NCBI RefSeq assembly: GCF_009914755.1
Contig: NC_060929.1
DNA length: 64,000 nucleotides
Origin: the human T2T-CHM13v2.0 reference genome, Homo sapiens
Strand: one strand, 5' to 3'
In this document: piece after piece, positions 16,832 to 30,292 of the stretch
How positions within the stretch are numbered: the first letter of the stretch is position 1
Layout of the letters: each line of letters starts with the position of its first letter
Program-made: the position numbers and the translations under genes
The notes under the pieces: model-generated
Told to the model about the DNA's origin: nothing
Databases searched by the model: none
The model's input: only the letters and a program-made list of their open reading frames with translations

Positions 16832-19430
16832 GGCCTTTCTAAATTTTTCTACAGAAACAAACAAAAAAAGGGGTGTTAGGTGGAATGAGGTTGAAAATCC
16901 AATGAATAGTCCCTGGACATAGCAGCGATCACAATAATAGTTACAGTGAACAAAGAATGATGGTCCAATGGGAACACAAATAAATAAATAAGCTATCAAT
17001 CAATCAAAGATAATCACAGATCGTGATGAATGCTTTGGAATAAATTAACAAGATCAGCTAGTCAGAAGCTGAGAGAGGCCACTTTAGACATGGTCAGCGA
17101 AGGTTTCTCTTAACATGTAACATTTGGGATAAGATATAGTTTGAGTTTGAGTATGCCATTCAAAGGCCTGAGAGAAGAGCAAAGTCAATAGCCCGTAAGC
17201 AGAAAGAGTTTGGTATTTTCCGTTGTCGGCAAGACAGCATCACCACGACCAGCCATTCAGGGTCAGCAGTGGCTCATGTTTCTATGGCGTTTCTATGTTC
17301 AACCACTGCTTCAGCAGCTTCTCCTAGAGCTGAACAAACTTCCCTCTCAGGATTACTCTTGTGTCTGTCACCAGGGCTTCCCAATCACTTGCTCTTCCAA
17401 TCATCTGCCCACATCCTGAGAGCTGCTTCCACTTTACCCACAGCTGACCCCATCAGTCCTCTAGGAAGTGCTCTTTGCTTCCATAAGGAATGTCTTCCAT
17501 GTATTGGGTACCCTTATTGGCCCCTTCTGCCATTTCCTTAAAGATCGTACAAGGAATTAATTCCCATCTGATTGTGAGCTGTCATGTTATGAAAATCACT
17601 GTTTTGAAAAAAAGCATAATGTGTAGCAGAACTAGAAATGAACTTCACATCATCACTATGGCATGTGTTCAGGGACAGGCTTCACTGAGGAAATAAACCC
17701 AAGTTCAAGAGCAGCAAATCAAGAGAAATCATGGTTTCCTCATCCTCCCTTTATCCTACTGAGAGGCTGATGGAGGCCAGAGAGCTCTGTTCTGAAGGGT
17801 GACTCTCCCCCTTTTCACCCTTTTTTTTTTTAAATCACTGAAGGAACATTTTAATGCAGGAACAAATAAACTGCTTCTAGGCAAGATGATCTAGGTTTAA
17901 GTCCAATTATTTACATAAATTGCTTATGAATTCCTTCTATCTAGAGCCCTGGGGCCAATGGGAGGTCACAAGCCTTTCTGCCAGGGGAAAACACCCACGG
18001 ATCCCTGGGAATCTGAGTTTGGGTGCAGCCCTTCCTGCAGAGGAGAAAAGCCTCGTCCCCCCTCCCCACGCTCACCCCCTCTATATTCTCATCTTGTTTG
18101 TCTTTTAACATCACAGAAAGAACTCTGCAGATCAACTGTGAATAATCTTGTTGCATCACTAAGAGGATTACAAATATAGAGAAAGTCCCATTGAAGTTTA
18201 CTAAAACTGGTTAACAAATCTTATCTTATATACAATTTTTTTCCCAGAACAACACATATATTATAATGCTATGTACGCAATTTCTGAAACACAGAAATCT
18301 TTAATAAACAAATTACATTTTAAAAACACTGGACATGTAGAAATTGTACTGACTTCAATATAATGCTTATCTCTGAGAGAGAACTAGTAAAGTGGTATGA
18401 ACAGAACTTTACTCTCTCTATGGTTCATTGCTAAAAATAAAGAAATAAAGTTTAACTAAAATATTTTTTAACATTTGTTTAACTATGGTGGAGGGTGTCT
18501 TTTATATCATTCTATAAACACATATTTTAGTATGTTGGGATATTTCTATTTAATAAGAAAATCCAAATAATGTAAGTCCAAGAGGTCTTGAATGACATCC
18601 AAAACTTCAAATATATGTTAATCACATATGAGCCAGTTTTATTAATTTTCAGTGACTTCCTCAGATGAATTAAATATATCAGAAAATGCTTGCAAAATAT
18701 GCAATCCACAATTTTAAGCCATTTAATCTTTGGTGAGCATTTATTCCCAAGCAACCGTAATGTCCATTTCAGTGTTTCTCTGCTTCACCTCAGTATGTGA
18801 TGAAATTCTTGCCACACAATTAAAAAAATGCAAGGATTCCAGGGGAAAGTCCTTAGGAATATAGGGGAATGTTTGGGTGAGGGAGGAATTAAATAGGAAT
18901 ATAGACTTATTCTCTAATTGAAATGTAATTTGCCAAAGATAAGAAAGAAATTTGTTCTGACAAAAAAGCATGTGTGGTATTTGAAAGATTAATTTTTAGT
19001 TGAATATATGACTTTGAAACACGTATTCCCATATATTGCTTTTGTCAGGTAAAAATTTATGCCCATGGATGTAATTCACAGATTCGCTTTCATTAAAAAA
19101 AAAAAAAAAAAAAAATTAAAAGTCAATTTTTTAGCAATGTCAAAGTCTTGGCGTTGAAAAGTCTTAAATATTATGCAATATATATCATTACATCAAACTT
19201 CATTAGATTGAACTGCATTATAATGCTACCCATAGCATTGTATAGTTAATTTGTTTATATATAGTAAATTTGTTTATTCGATAATTAAAATAGCACACAT
19301 TTTTGAGTGCCTACTGTTTCCTAAGCACCAATATAGGGACTGGTGATAACGCAATGACAAAACAAATAAACAAACAAAAACCCTGTCCTCGTGGAACTTA
19401 CCATCCATTGGGAAGAAATACAATTGAATA

Positions 19431-21733
19431 GGATTAAGATGGTGAACTGGAGGCTGAACTAGCTTGCACCTCCCACTCAGATGGACAGACCAGCGTGTGG
19501 AGACTCACAGTGTGAACTTTTGCTCCAAGAATTACCACAGGAACATCCCAGGAAAGCTGAGAGAATCCAGACCCTTTCAAGGAGCTAGAGCACCGCTGAG
19601 GGTCCCCGAGATGCCAAAAAACGTGAGTTGGCTTGCGTTCTCAATGGGGAGGCTCAGGGTCAGGGGCAAATTCTCAGCCCCACTCACCAGCTGCCTGGTA
19701 ATAGACTCAGTGCTGTTGTAGGGGCATGGTGGAAGTGAGACTGGCCTTTTAAACTGTAGAGTCCATGGGAGTAGGGTGAGCCCTGTGACTGCCGGCTTTC
19801 CCCTGCTTCCCTGATTACACGTATGACTCAGCAGAGACAGCCATAATCCTCCAGGGAATTCCACTCCACTGGACTGAGAACCACACTGCTATTCCCCACA
19901 GCAGCCAAAGCAAGCCACAGCAAGCCACGCCCAAGGAGAGGCTAAGCTCCAACAAGCTTATCCCTGCCTCCACCTGGTGGTCTTTCTCTAACTGACCTGG
20001 TAGCTGAAAACAAAGGTTATAAGCTCTTGGGAGCTCTATGGCCCTGCCCACTCCCTGAGAAACCTGGATACTTAACAAGATGTCCCTAGGGCAAGTTTGC
20101 ATCCTTCCTATAGAACCACAGCTGATGTGCTCTGGAAAACGCCACCTCCTGGCTGAAGGCCAACTAACACAAAACCAGTACACTATGCAAAAACACAACC
20201 AAGGACTCTTACAGAGTTTATTTCATTCTCTTACTACCTCCACCAGAGCAGGTACTGGTATACATAGCTGCAACAGCTGAAGATGGATCACATCAGAGGA
20301 CTCTTTGCAGACACTCCCCAATACCAGCCCAGAGACCCGTAGCTTTTCTGGGTGGCTAGACCCAGGTGAGCAAAAACAATCACTACACTTCAGCTCTCAG
20401 GAAGCCCTATTCCCAGAGGAAGAAGGAGGAAACCACATCAAGGGAGCATCCCTGGGACAAAAGAATCTGAACAGCAGTGCTTGAATCCCAGATCTTCCCT
20501 CTGACATAATGTATCCAAATGAGAAGGAACCAGAAAAACAATTCTGGTAATATTACAAAACAAGCATCTTTAATACCCCCCATAGAACATACCAGCTCAC
20601 CAGCAATGGATTCAAACCAAGAAGAAATCTCTGAATTGCCAGAAAAAGAATTCAGAAGGTCAATTATTAAGCTAATCTAGGAGACACAGGAGAAAAGTGA
20701 AGTCCAACTTAAAAAAATCAAAAACATGATACAAAATATGAAAGGAAAATTCTTCAGTGAAATAGATAGCATAAATAAAAAACAATCACAACTTCCGAAA
20801 ATGAAGGACACACTTAGGGAAATGCAAAATGCACTGGAAAGTCTCAGAAATAGAATAAAACAAGCAGAAGAAAGAATTTCTGACTATGAAGAGAAGGCTT
20901 TCAAATTAACCCAGTCCATCAAAGACAAAGAAAAAAGAATTTTAAAACTGAATGAATCCTCCAAGATGTTTGGGAATATGTTCAATGTCTAAACCTAAGA
21001 ATAATTGGTATTTCCAAGGAAGAAGATAAATCTAAAAGTTTGGAAAATATATTTGAGAGATTAATCAAGGAAAACTTTTTCAGCCTTACTAGAGATCTAG
21101 ACATAAAAATACAAGAAGCTGAAAGAACACCTGGGAAATTCATGGCAAAAATATCATCATCTGGACACAAATTCATCAGGTCATCTAAAGTCAAGACAAA
21201 GGAAAGAATCTTAAGAACTGTGAGACAAAAGCATCAGGTAACCTATAAAGGAAGCCCTATCAGATTAACAACATTCTTCTCAACAGAAACCCTTCAAGCT
21301 ACAAGACATTGGGGTCCTCTTTTTAGCCTCCTTAAACAAAACAATTATCAGCCAAGAATTTTGTATCCAACAAAACTAAGCTTCATAAATGAAGGAAAGA
21401 TACAGCCTTTCCCAGACAAACAAATGCTGAGAGAATTCATCACTACCAAGCCAGCACTGCAAGAACTGCTAAAAGGAGCTCTAAATCTTGAAACAAATTT
21501 TCAAAATACACCAAAATTAGAACCCCCTTAAAGCACAAGTCTCACAGGACCTATAAAACAATAACACAACGAAAAAAAAAACGTATTCAGGTAACAAATA
21601 GCACAATAAATAGACTAGTATCTCACATCTCAATACTAACACTGAATGTAACTGTCCTGAATGCTCCACTTAAAAGATGCAGAATGGCAAAATGGATAAG
21701 AATTCACCTACCAAGTTTCTGCTGTGTTTAGGC
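19431..21733 (+). mobile_element. 5' portion of L1PB (L1PBa-type 5' UTR, ORF1, start of ORF2), 3'-truncated
   Basis: AAGATGG 5' end and GC-rich UTR; ORF1 fragments in the ORF track; ORF2 start CACATCTCAATACTAACACTGAATGTAA. Stops abruptly at an Alu tail fragment. Confidence 0.9.
20519..21531 (+). pseudogene. Disrupted L1 ORF1p coding sequence
   Basis: ORF track 20726..20992 (coiled coil: EMQNALESLRNRIKQAEERISD) and 21040..21531 (KHQVTYKGSPIRLT, YQPRILYPTKLSF, LREFITTKPALQELLK), split by stops and frameshifts. Confidence 0.9.
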
Positions 21734-21735
21734 AT

Positions 21736-21794
21736 CTGCACTCCAGCCTGGGCCACAGAGCGAGACTCCATCTCAAAAATAAAATAAAATAAAA
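21736..21794 (+). mobile_element. Alu 3'-terminal fragment plus tail, fused to L1PB
   Basis: CTGCACTCCAGCCTGGGCCACAGAGCGAGACTCCATCTCAAAAATAAAATAAAATAAAA. Confidence 0.92.
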
Positions 21795-21979
21795 GAGATA
21801 ACAGGCAAAACTGGATATGGTTTATAGAATAAACTAAAAGTAAAGAGATTCGTTAAAATTCTGAAGTTCTTTCATTACTAAACCACCAAAATGTTGGCAG
21901 CCAGACTTATACAGGTAGAAGTCATGAAGTTCACTTTCTGGGGAAGCTAAACAACCTATGTAGAAGAAAGGACTTCCAA

Positions 21980-22140
21980 TGATGCCCTGGCCCTTATCCC
22001 TAGAACCTGTAAATAAGGAACTCTGCAGATGACGTTAAGGTTATGAACCTTAAAATGGGAGATTATTTTGGATCATATCAATGGACCCAATCAAATCATA
22101 TGAGTCCTTAAAAGCAGAGAATGTTCTCTGGCAGGACCAA
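21980..22140 (+). mobile_element. MLT1 LTR fragment (MLT1D/E-like)
   Basis: CCCTAGAACCTGTAAAT...CTTAAAATGGGAGATTATTTTGGATCAT...GTCCTTAAAAGCAGAGA. Confidence 0.65.
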
Positions 22141-22867
22141 AAGAGGTAACACATAAAATAAAATCAGAATATTTATAAAAATTTAATTTAAATTGAACCA
22201 TGTTATTGGAAGTGATCCAATGAAAGCCAGGAAACAGAAGTATGATCTTACAGTGAGGCAGGCTATGCAACAAGTTTGATCGACATACAGTGCTTTAAAT
22301 CAATTATTTTATGTTGCTCTCTTGATTGTTAATGGGAAGCCAAAAAAATGAACCATTTGAATGAATATTCTAAATAAAAGTCAGATAATAAAACTAGCAA
22401 ATCTAAAATGAACAACTCACAGGTACCAGAGAAGTTTTAAACAGAACAGGGAAAGAACTACAAAAAAAGTCTCTACAATTTTATGACATGGAATTTCATC
22501 TCACAAATAAACTGAAGAAAATAAAAATATTCATATAAAAATAAAAGTTCTTGGAAATTGAAAAGATTTTACTACATATTAACAAATGAATAAATTATAT
22601 TTTAAAATAAACAAAACAGTAACTAGGAGAAACTAAGAAAAATACCCCCCAAGATCAAAAATGGAGAGGGAGAAATTATCATAGAAATCCATATAAGCAT
22701 GTTTCAGAAATGAAGAAATGATTTTTTAGATTGAAAAGCCTCACCGCAAGCATTACACAATCAGTGACAATGCACTCACACAGCCTCCTGAAATGTTACA
22801 GGTGTTTTAAAGAGGAGACGTTCCACAAATCTTCCATGTTTGAAAGATGAAGACAGGATCCTAGCCG

Positions 22868-23708
22868 TAACCAAAATTCTAAGATGGCTCCCATGGTCTC
22901 CAATTCCTGGTGCCACATTCATGATTAAATTACATTATGTGGGAAAGAGATGAGTGTCACTCCTTTGATTAGGTTATGTTATAACAGCAATGTTAAAGGA
23001 TTTTCCAGATGTAACTCATACCCTAAATCAATCCATTTTCAGTTAATCAAAAGGGAGATTATCAGAAGTTGCCTGTCTTTATCAGTTGGAATCACCCGCA
23101 AGTTTGGAGGGCCTTCCCTGAATTCACACCCTTTACTGCTGGCCTAGAACAGCAAGCTGCCATGAGTCCTACAGCCACGAGGAAATGGAGTCTTCCAACA
23201 GCCTGCGTGTGTTTGCAGCTGCATTCTGCTTCACATCTCCCAGTGAGAATGCAGCCAAATTGGCTCCTTGATTACATCCCTGGGAGATCCTAAGTAAAGA
23301 ACCAGATGGACTATGCTTGGGCTTCTGACCCTGGGAAACTGAAGTAGTAAATTTACTTTTTTTTTTTTTTTTTTGAGAAGGAGTCTCGCTCTGTCACCCA
23401 GGCTGCAGTGCAGTGACGTGATCTCGGCTAAGTGCAAGCTCTGCCTCCAGGGTTCGCGCCATTCTCCTGCCTCAGCCTCCTGAGTAGCTGGGACTACAGG
23501 CGCCCGCCACCATGCCCAGCTAATTTTTGTATTTTTAGTAGACACGGGGTTTCACCGTGTTAGCCAGGATGGTCTCGATCTCCTGATCTCGTGATCCACC
23601 CACCTCAGCCCCCCAAAGTGCTGGGATTATAGGTATGAGCCACTGCGCCCAGCCATAAATGTACTTTGTTTTAAGTCAAGTTAAAAATTTGACTTAAAAA
23701 CTAATACA
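22868..23708 (+). mobile_element. MLT1E/F-like LTR interrupted by Alu
   Basis: AATTCTAAGATGGCTCCC...TTAATCAAAAGGGAGATTATC...CTTCTGACCCTGGGAAACTG...AAACTAATACA. Confidence 0.75.
23357..23654 (-). mobile_element. AluY-like
   Basis: Poly-T; GCAAGCTCTGCCTCC; CCATTCTCCTGCC; TTAGCCAGGATGGTCTCGATCTCCTGA. TSD-like TAAAT[T/G]TACTTT. Confidence 0.96.
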
Positions 23709-24239
23709 ATCATGAATCAGAATAGCACTGGGTATGTCAACATAAACGTGCAGCTACAAGAAAATGAAAAAAAATCATATTGATGTTAATATTTATGTAA
23801 GCATTTCAGTATTTTATAGGGAGCTACTGGAGCTGTATTGAGGGATGGAAACTGTAGTGTATTTTTAAACAGAGCAACTTTTTTGGCTAAACTACCTAGA
23901 GGTGTTTGACTTAGACCATAGATAATTTTTTACCCTGTCATCTAAATATTTAATAGAATGAGGCTACAGAAATGAAGTTGATAAATCACTTGCAGCTGTG
24001 ATGATAGGACCACCTGATCTGTGGGAGACAGACAGCATGAAGATGATTTGGATAATAATACTGGACTCACTGTGAGAGAGAAATGTTTAAGAATAAATGT
24101 TGCAACCCAAAATCAGATCTGAGAGGTTATTGATGCTAACTGAACCCACCTAAGAAAGGTCATGCATGTCTATGAAAATGAGTACCGTGGAAAATTTTAA
24201 TGCGTATTCTCTACTGCCTCTCCTCTCTTTTCATGAATC

Positions 24240-24610
24240 TTGGAGGATTATCCCTTCCTGCTCCCACTGCCAACAGTTAAGGATTGCTTAATTCTCGCAA
24301 ATGGATTGTGAGAACAAGTGACTTATGTCATATCTGAGCTGAAGCATTTAATGAACACTGTGAGATCCTCCTGCTCAAACTTCCTGTTGTGTTATAACTG
24401 AGGAAGCCATGTGCTCCAAAATGTGTAGCTGCAGAATAATGGAACTTCATCAACCTGGAAAACTGTCATCACATACATTACTTGGGATCTGGAATGTTGC
24501 TGTGAGCTTCAGGAATTTTAACAAGAAAGGAATAAGCTTTTGCTGTGTTAAAGCATTGGAATCTTGGGATTCTTTTTACTGCAATAATTCTAACTTATGT
24601 TTACAATATA
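24240..24610 (+). mobile_element. Ancient MLT1 (MLT1I/J-like) LTR
   Basis: AAGTGACTTATGTCATATCTGAGCTGAAGCATTTAA...AATAAGCTTTTGCTGTGTTAAAGCATTG. Confidence 0.65.
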
Positions 24611-24868
24611 ATGAGAAATGCTGGGAGGTTATAGAGAGTTTAGAGCGTTCTTCACGAGATGGGAGTAGGATGGCTTTAAAAGTGGAATTGGTATGGACCT
24701 GATACAGTAAAGTAAGTGGGGCAAGGCTGTGAGCTAAGGACAGCAGAAGGATGGTGAATTCAGGTCCAGAATAACATCTGCAGTGCTCAACAAGTACTTC
24801 ATTCCATTATGCTAGGTTGTCATTTATTCATTACATACAAATAATAAAAGAATGGACTGAATAGAGAC

Positions 24869-25373
24869 TGTGGTGGGCTGAATAATGGTCTCCCCAAATC
24901 GCCCATAATCCTAATCTCCTAGAATTTGTGAATGTTAGGTTACTTTAGGGGAATAAGATTACAGATCATATTAGGTTGCTAATCAGCTGACTTCAAAATA
25001 GGTTTATCCTGGATTATCTCAGTGGGACCAGTGCCATCACAGGATCCTTAAAAGTGAAAGAGGGAGGCAGGAGAGAAGGTAGGAGTAATGTGATGTGGGC
25101 AGGACTCCTCCTGACACTCACTGTTGGCTTTCAAAGATGGAGGAAGGAGAGCATGAGCCAAGGATTGCAGGTGGGTTCAAAAAGATGGAAAAGACAGGGA
25201 AATGGATGCTCTTTGGGAGCTGCTAGAGGAAATGGCAGCCAGGCCAACATGTTGACTTTAGGCCAGTAATATCCATGTTGGACTCTTAACCAAGACAACT
25301 GTAAAATAATATGTATATTTTTTAAACCATTACATTTGTGATGTTTGTTGCAGCAACAATGGGAAAAAATGCA
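24869..25373 (+). mobile_element. MLT1D-like LTR
   Basis: TGTGGTGGGCTGAATAATGG...GCTAATCAGCTGACTT...GGCTTTCAAAGATGGAGGAAGG...TTTGTTGCAGCAACAATGGGAAA. Confidence 0.85.
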
Positions 25374-25399
25374 AGCAGTTATACAGGCTGAGAGAAAGA

Positions 25400-25748
25400 A
25401 CAGTGGAAGCACCACCACATGTCACTAGACAGATACCTCTAGGACTTAGGGGTACCCCCACCTCCACGCTAACTGACAGCCAGCAAGAAAACAGACACCT
25501 CAGTCTTAGAACCACAAATAAATTCAAGTGGACACAAACTTGAATAGGCTTGGAAGCACATTCCTCCTCAGGGCCTCCAGAAAGGTATGAAGCACAGCCA
25601 ATAGTTTGGTTTAGTCTTGAACCTGAAGGAGAGGGCCAGCTGAGCACACTGGGACTTCTGACCTACCAAACTGTGAAATAATATATTATTATTTTTTTGT
25701 CACTGTTTGTAGTAAATTGTTATGGCAACAATAAGAAAAATCAAGACA
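25400..25748 (+). mobile_element. MLT1E-like LTR, 3' half
   Basis: CTGACAGCCAGCAAGAAAACAGACACCTCAGTC...GACTTCTGACCTACCAAACTGTGAAATAAT...TTGTTATGGCAACAATAAGAAAA. Confidence 0.75.
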
Positions 25749-26759
25749 ACATGCACAGATGGAATTATTTTATACTTCACTATTCCTCTCCTACCCTCTA
25801 TAGTCAAAAGTGTATGTCATTTAAACTAATATTCAGTATTTACATGATTATGCCAATGGAAATACTTCATGAAAGGCCAAATATATAAAAAATATTTCTT
25901 ATACATATTTTTCTTGAGCTAATAATTGTCTTGTTTATTCTTTGTACACTTTACCATGCAAATATCACTTTCTTTCTTATGCTATCATTACTCTATAGTA
26001 TTGAGTATTTTATTCCCCATTGTCCCTTCACTTTGTGTCTTCTACTGTCTTGTCCCAAGCTAAACTGATTGTTTTGTAGGACATTTGTACACGTATATTT
26101 TGGGGACTTGTGCTGGATAGGGGTCACTATATTTGGATAGTATGTCCTCCTTCTTAGTTAAGTTTTCCTTTTGCTGGAGGATATCTTCTTAAGAAAGTTC
26201 TTGGAAATAATTTATTTCAGTCATTTTTTCACCAAATTATCTATAGCTTTTCACCTTTGATTATTTTGCTGCAAACAGAATTCTATCTTAAACAGCATTT
26301 TCTGTGAAAGTTGTGACAATTCTGTTCAATTTTCTGTCATTCAGCAATGTTGTTGAAAAGTTGAATTTCAATTTTATGCTCATGCCTCTTGTTTAAATTG
26401 CTTCTCCCTCCTCCCCGCCCCACACACTATTAGGATTCTCTTTAGTAGACTGAAACATGAAAATGAGTCTGGATGTAGATATTTTAAAAAATCAAGTGTC
26501 ATACCCTTTCTGTTTTATGGATGGAATTGATTTTCATGTTTCTGAAAACATGGTGATATTGTTATTTTGGTTTGTGTAGATTTCTCCTGCTGTTTTCATT
26601 ATCTCTAATTCCTTTTGCTTGTGTTTATAGTTTTTATTTAATGTTTTTTTCTTTTTCATGCTGAGTACTTTCTGTTTCCTTGTGTAACCTGCTCCTAGTA
26701 GTCTATTTATATTTTAAATTCTTTATGAAAGATCTTTCTCCCATTTTCTCTACAACCAA

Positions 26760-27210
26760 CAACTTCCCTCTTACTTTTCTCTAGCTGCAGGGAGCTACTT
26801 GTTTCTTTTCAAACATAGTAAGCATGCTAATCCTTGCATCCTTTGAACTGCCTATTTATTCTGTCTGGAATTCTCTTTCCTGAGATACCCACAGGGCTAA
26901 TTCCCTCACCTCATTAAAATGAGACCTCCTTTGACCATTCTAATAATAACTTCTTCCTGTCCCCAGAACTCTTGAACCTTCTTAAGCAGTTCCACTTTTT
27001 CTCTTTGTTCATAGCACTTGCTACTAGGTAATTTTTGCATCTGTATGTCTAATGTTTACTGTTGGTCATCCCATAACTAGGATATAAATACCTTAAGAGA
27101 TGTGATCTTTCTCCATTACTCACTTATCCCAATCACTAAGAGCAGTCACTGGACCATGATATATGCACAATAGGTATTCATTTAACTAATGAATTACTAA
27201 ATGCATGAGT
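26760..27210 (+). mobile_element. L2 3' end remnant
   Basis: TCTGTCTGGAATTCTCTTTCC...TTCCCTCACCTCATT...ATAGCACTTGCTAC, ending in a degenerate (AATG)n tail. Confidence 0.65.
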
Positions 27211-29769
27211 TAGATGTGAACCACTAACAATACTTAATGGAATATCCATATATATAGGTGAGGCTTGTACCTTGATGACTTTATGCAGTGCTGACTGTGC
27301 AAGGGGAGACTCAAATGTCAATAGATGGAAACTTCTCCCCATGGTCTTTTAGGTTTTTCAGACAAGGCTCCTCAGACTTCCCATTAGGCCTGAGAAAAGA
27401 GAAGTAATCTCATGACAAAAGCTGGGGATGCAATGTGGCTATGTGTAAATGTCCAGTTGGTTGCTTAATATCAATCAGCCTCTTCCTGGTAACTGTTCAG
27501 CTTGCCAGTCCTTATTTTAGAGGTCTTTGTCCAGAAGGGGATCCCTGGTGTTCAGGATACAGATCCTCCATTGACATTCTCAACATTTCACTCCTGCACG
27601 TGACCCTACCTGGCTCTTGAGCATCAACCTCTCGAGATGCAGGTGACAATCACCGCCTTTATTTTCTGGTTTGATCTGGGCACACACATTAGTTAACACT
27701 CACCTATTTGCCTTTTCACCTTTAGACCGCTCTCTTGTTTTTGTCTGCATGAATCTTTACTTTTACTCATATTTACTTTCATTGGTAAAGTATTAGTGGG
27801 AAGAAAAAATATACCTGTGAATTAAATTCACTTGTCTAATTTGAATCTGGCTATTACTATATTTTCAGTAATTATCTTTTTTATCTCTAAGTCATCTAGT
27901 GTATCTGAAAGCTATTTATTATCTTTTTTCTGATTTATGACATTTTAACTGTATGAAATTCCATAGTATCTTTTATTTACAAAGGATTACTTCCAACATC
28001 ATCAAAACTCACATTAAATGACATATTTGATTATCCATGTTTTTAAACTTAGTATAATGCTTTGAAGAAATACTAATAAAAATATTAAAAACAGATTTTC
28101 ATTAAAAGTCACCTGAAATTAAATGTGCCTGGTTTAAAAAATTAGCAAACACAGAAAACTTTTAGATCCAATTATATCTTTTAAATAAAATTAAAAAGTA
28201 ACTGAGAAGTGACAGACTTATTTTTTCTGTTGTACTAATAGATATTCTTGATTTTCACTAGATAAAAACTGAAATTGGGATATAGATTGTTTTCAAAGAA
28301 GGTATAGAATCAAACAAAACTACGACTATGAATATAGTCTAATGATGATGTTTAAAATATAAATAAATTTGCTTGAGGAAGTTAGGAAAAGTTGTTATTT
28401 AGAGGTACTAGATGGACTAATTATTATTTTTTAAATGATCTCCCCAAAGGACACAAAGTTTCAAAATGACTTTGACAAGTTTTTGTAATGACATGAAATA
28501 AGTAAGATGTTATTCCTTTTCAGTATTGCTATTAATTCCTCTGAAGCTGTTGGTTCGAAGGCTTACAGAAAGAATGGTGTAGCAGCATCAGACGATAATT
28601 ATATCACTCTTAATTTTCAATAATTTGATATACCAAAATGAGAGGCCTCCATTATTGAGTGTTCTTTAGGTTTTCTTTTAAAAAGAAAAATATCACAAAG
28701 CTTGGTTTGTTTATGATGATAATCCTTCACTTTTAACAACAATGGTTTTAATTTTAGGAACAGTAATTTTGGTAGAATCTAACAAAACAGAAAATCACAA
28801 GAATTAAATATGTTAGAGGTAGAACCTATTTATTTTAACTGCATGAATGTATCCACTTCAGTTTCCGGCTGTGACTGTATCGACGCCAACAGCACTCTGC
28901 TTCAGTTCCTCTTGACTTGCTGCAATGATTTATGTGTATGTTAACACTAATTCATGTCCCAAAGTGACAACTTGAAAGACTGCAAATGTTGCCCAGGTGG
29001 TTGATTATCAGAGAAGTTATTGAAATACAAGAAGTTAAGTATTCAGTGGGTGGTACCAGTAGGTCAAACACAATTCATCACACCCGATACAAATGCCCTT
29101 GGCTAGATCTGGTTGTATTTGTAACATTATCAAATGAATTACATATTGCAGTAAAAACAGATTGAAGGAGCTATTTCTCTGCTTTTGACCTTGACTCTCT
29201 GCTGACTTAAATATCATTTGGTGGGATTACTGTACTCTCTTCTTTATTTCAGATAAAAAATGTTGCCTCGTGAAATTTTCAATACATTTCTCAAAATTTT
29301 TCATAATCATCAAAAAATTATCAACCTTGAGGCGAATATGTGAGGGAGGTTTGGGAACGAAATGATGAGGTGAAAATTTGATGTAAATAGTTGTTCATTT
29401 TACTTTTACAGTTTTAACGGTGAAAAACTATTTTGGGTCATGGCTGTATGTTCATTAATTCATAAGAGGGGGTTATGCACACATCTTCATGAGAAAACAT
29501 GGTATCAGTATCAGGAGATGTCCAGGCTGAATATTTAAATAATAAATCAAAAAAATTATTTCATAACTAGCCATTTTCAGAAATTATTCAACTCCTCTGT
29601 TTATAAGCCATAAAGAACCATTCTAGCAGTGATAGTCTTAATTCCATTCAAGTGTAAATGCTAATCAGTTTCCAGTTTGGTGGTTGTGGACTATGACAAG
29701 CAATTATGTTCTTGGGACCAGGGAGAGACCATTTTCTGCTTGTGGGGCTGAAACATGCAATTGGGGCAG

Positions 29770-30292
29770 CATGGCAAACAGAATTTTAAGATAAACCTCA
29801 GCATCCTGTCCCTGGCATATACACTACCTTTGAGTGTAAACGGGGACTGCGATTATGATGTGATAGTCATTCTCATCATTGTTACCTAAGACATTAGCCC
29901 CGGCAACCACAGAGAGATATTTTCCAGCTGGTTTTGAGGAAGTGAGCTGCCATGTACTAGGCCACGTGGCAAGGGCCTGGTTGGGGACCTCCAGGGGTTG
30001 AGAGCATCCTCTGGACAACATGGAAAAAGAAAATGAAAATGGTGACCTCAGCCCTATAGCTAGAAGGAATTGAATCCTGTCAACAACGATGTAAGTCTTA
30101 ACGAAAACCCCAAGCTCTAGAAGAAAAGATAGCCCAGTTGACAGCTGAACTTTAACCTTGTGGGACCGTGAATGAAGGAGGAGCTAAAATGTGCTAGACG
30201 TCTGATGGATAGAAAGTGTGAGATAATAAATGTATGCTTTTTATAGCTGCAAGGTGTGATAATCTGTTACTCAACAGTATAAAACTAGTACA
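29770..30292 (+). mobile_element. MLT1H/F-like LTR
   Basis: GCTGGTTTTGAGGAAGTGAGCTGCCATGT...GGCCACGTGGCAAGG...GTGAGATAATAAATGTATG...AAAACTAGTACA. Confidence 0.78.

Noticed and set aside
22500-22850. Possible HAL1/L1M ORF1-like remnants (also ~26050-26720, minus) and L2 traces at 3.2-5.4, 17.0-17.2, 19.3-19.4, 38.8-39.1 and 60.1-60.3 kb
   Set aside because: Too decayed to give defensible boundaries by eye; needs RepeatMasker.
29362-29440. ATGATGA as a possible snoRNA C box
   Set aside because: No D box (CTGA) or terminal stem at a suitable distance.
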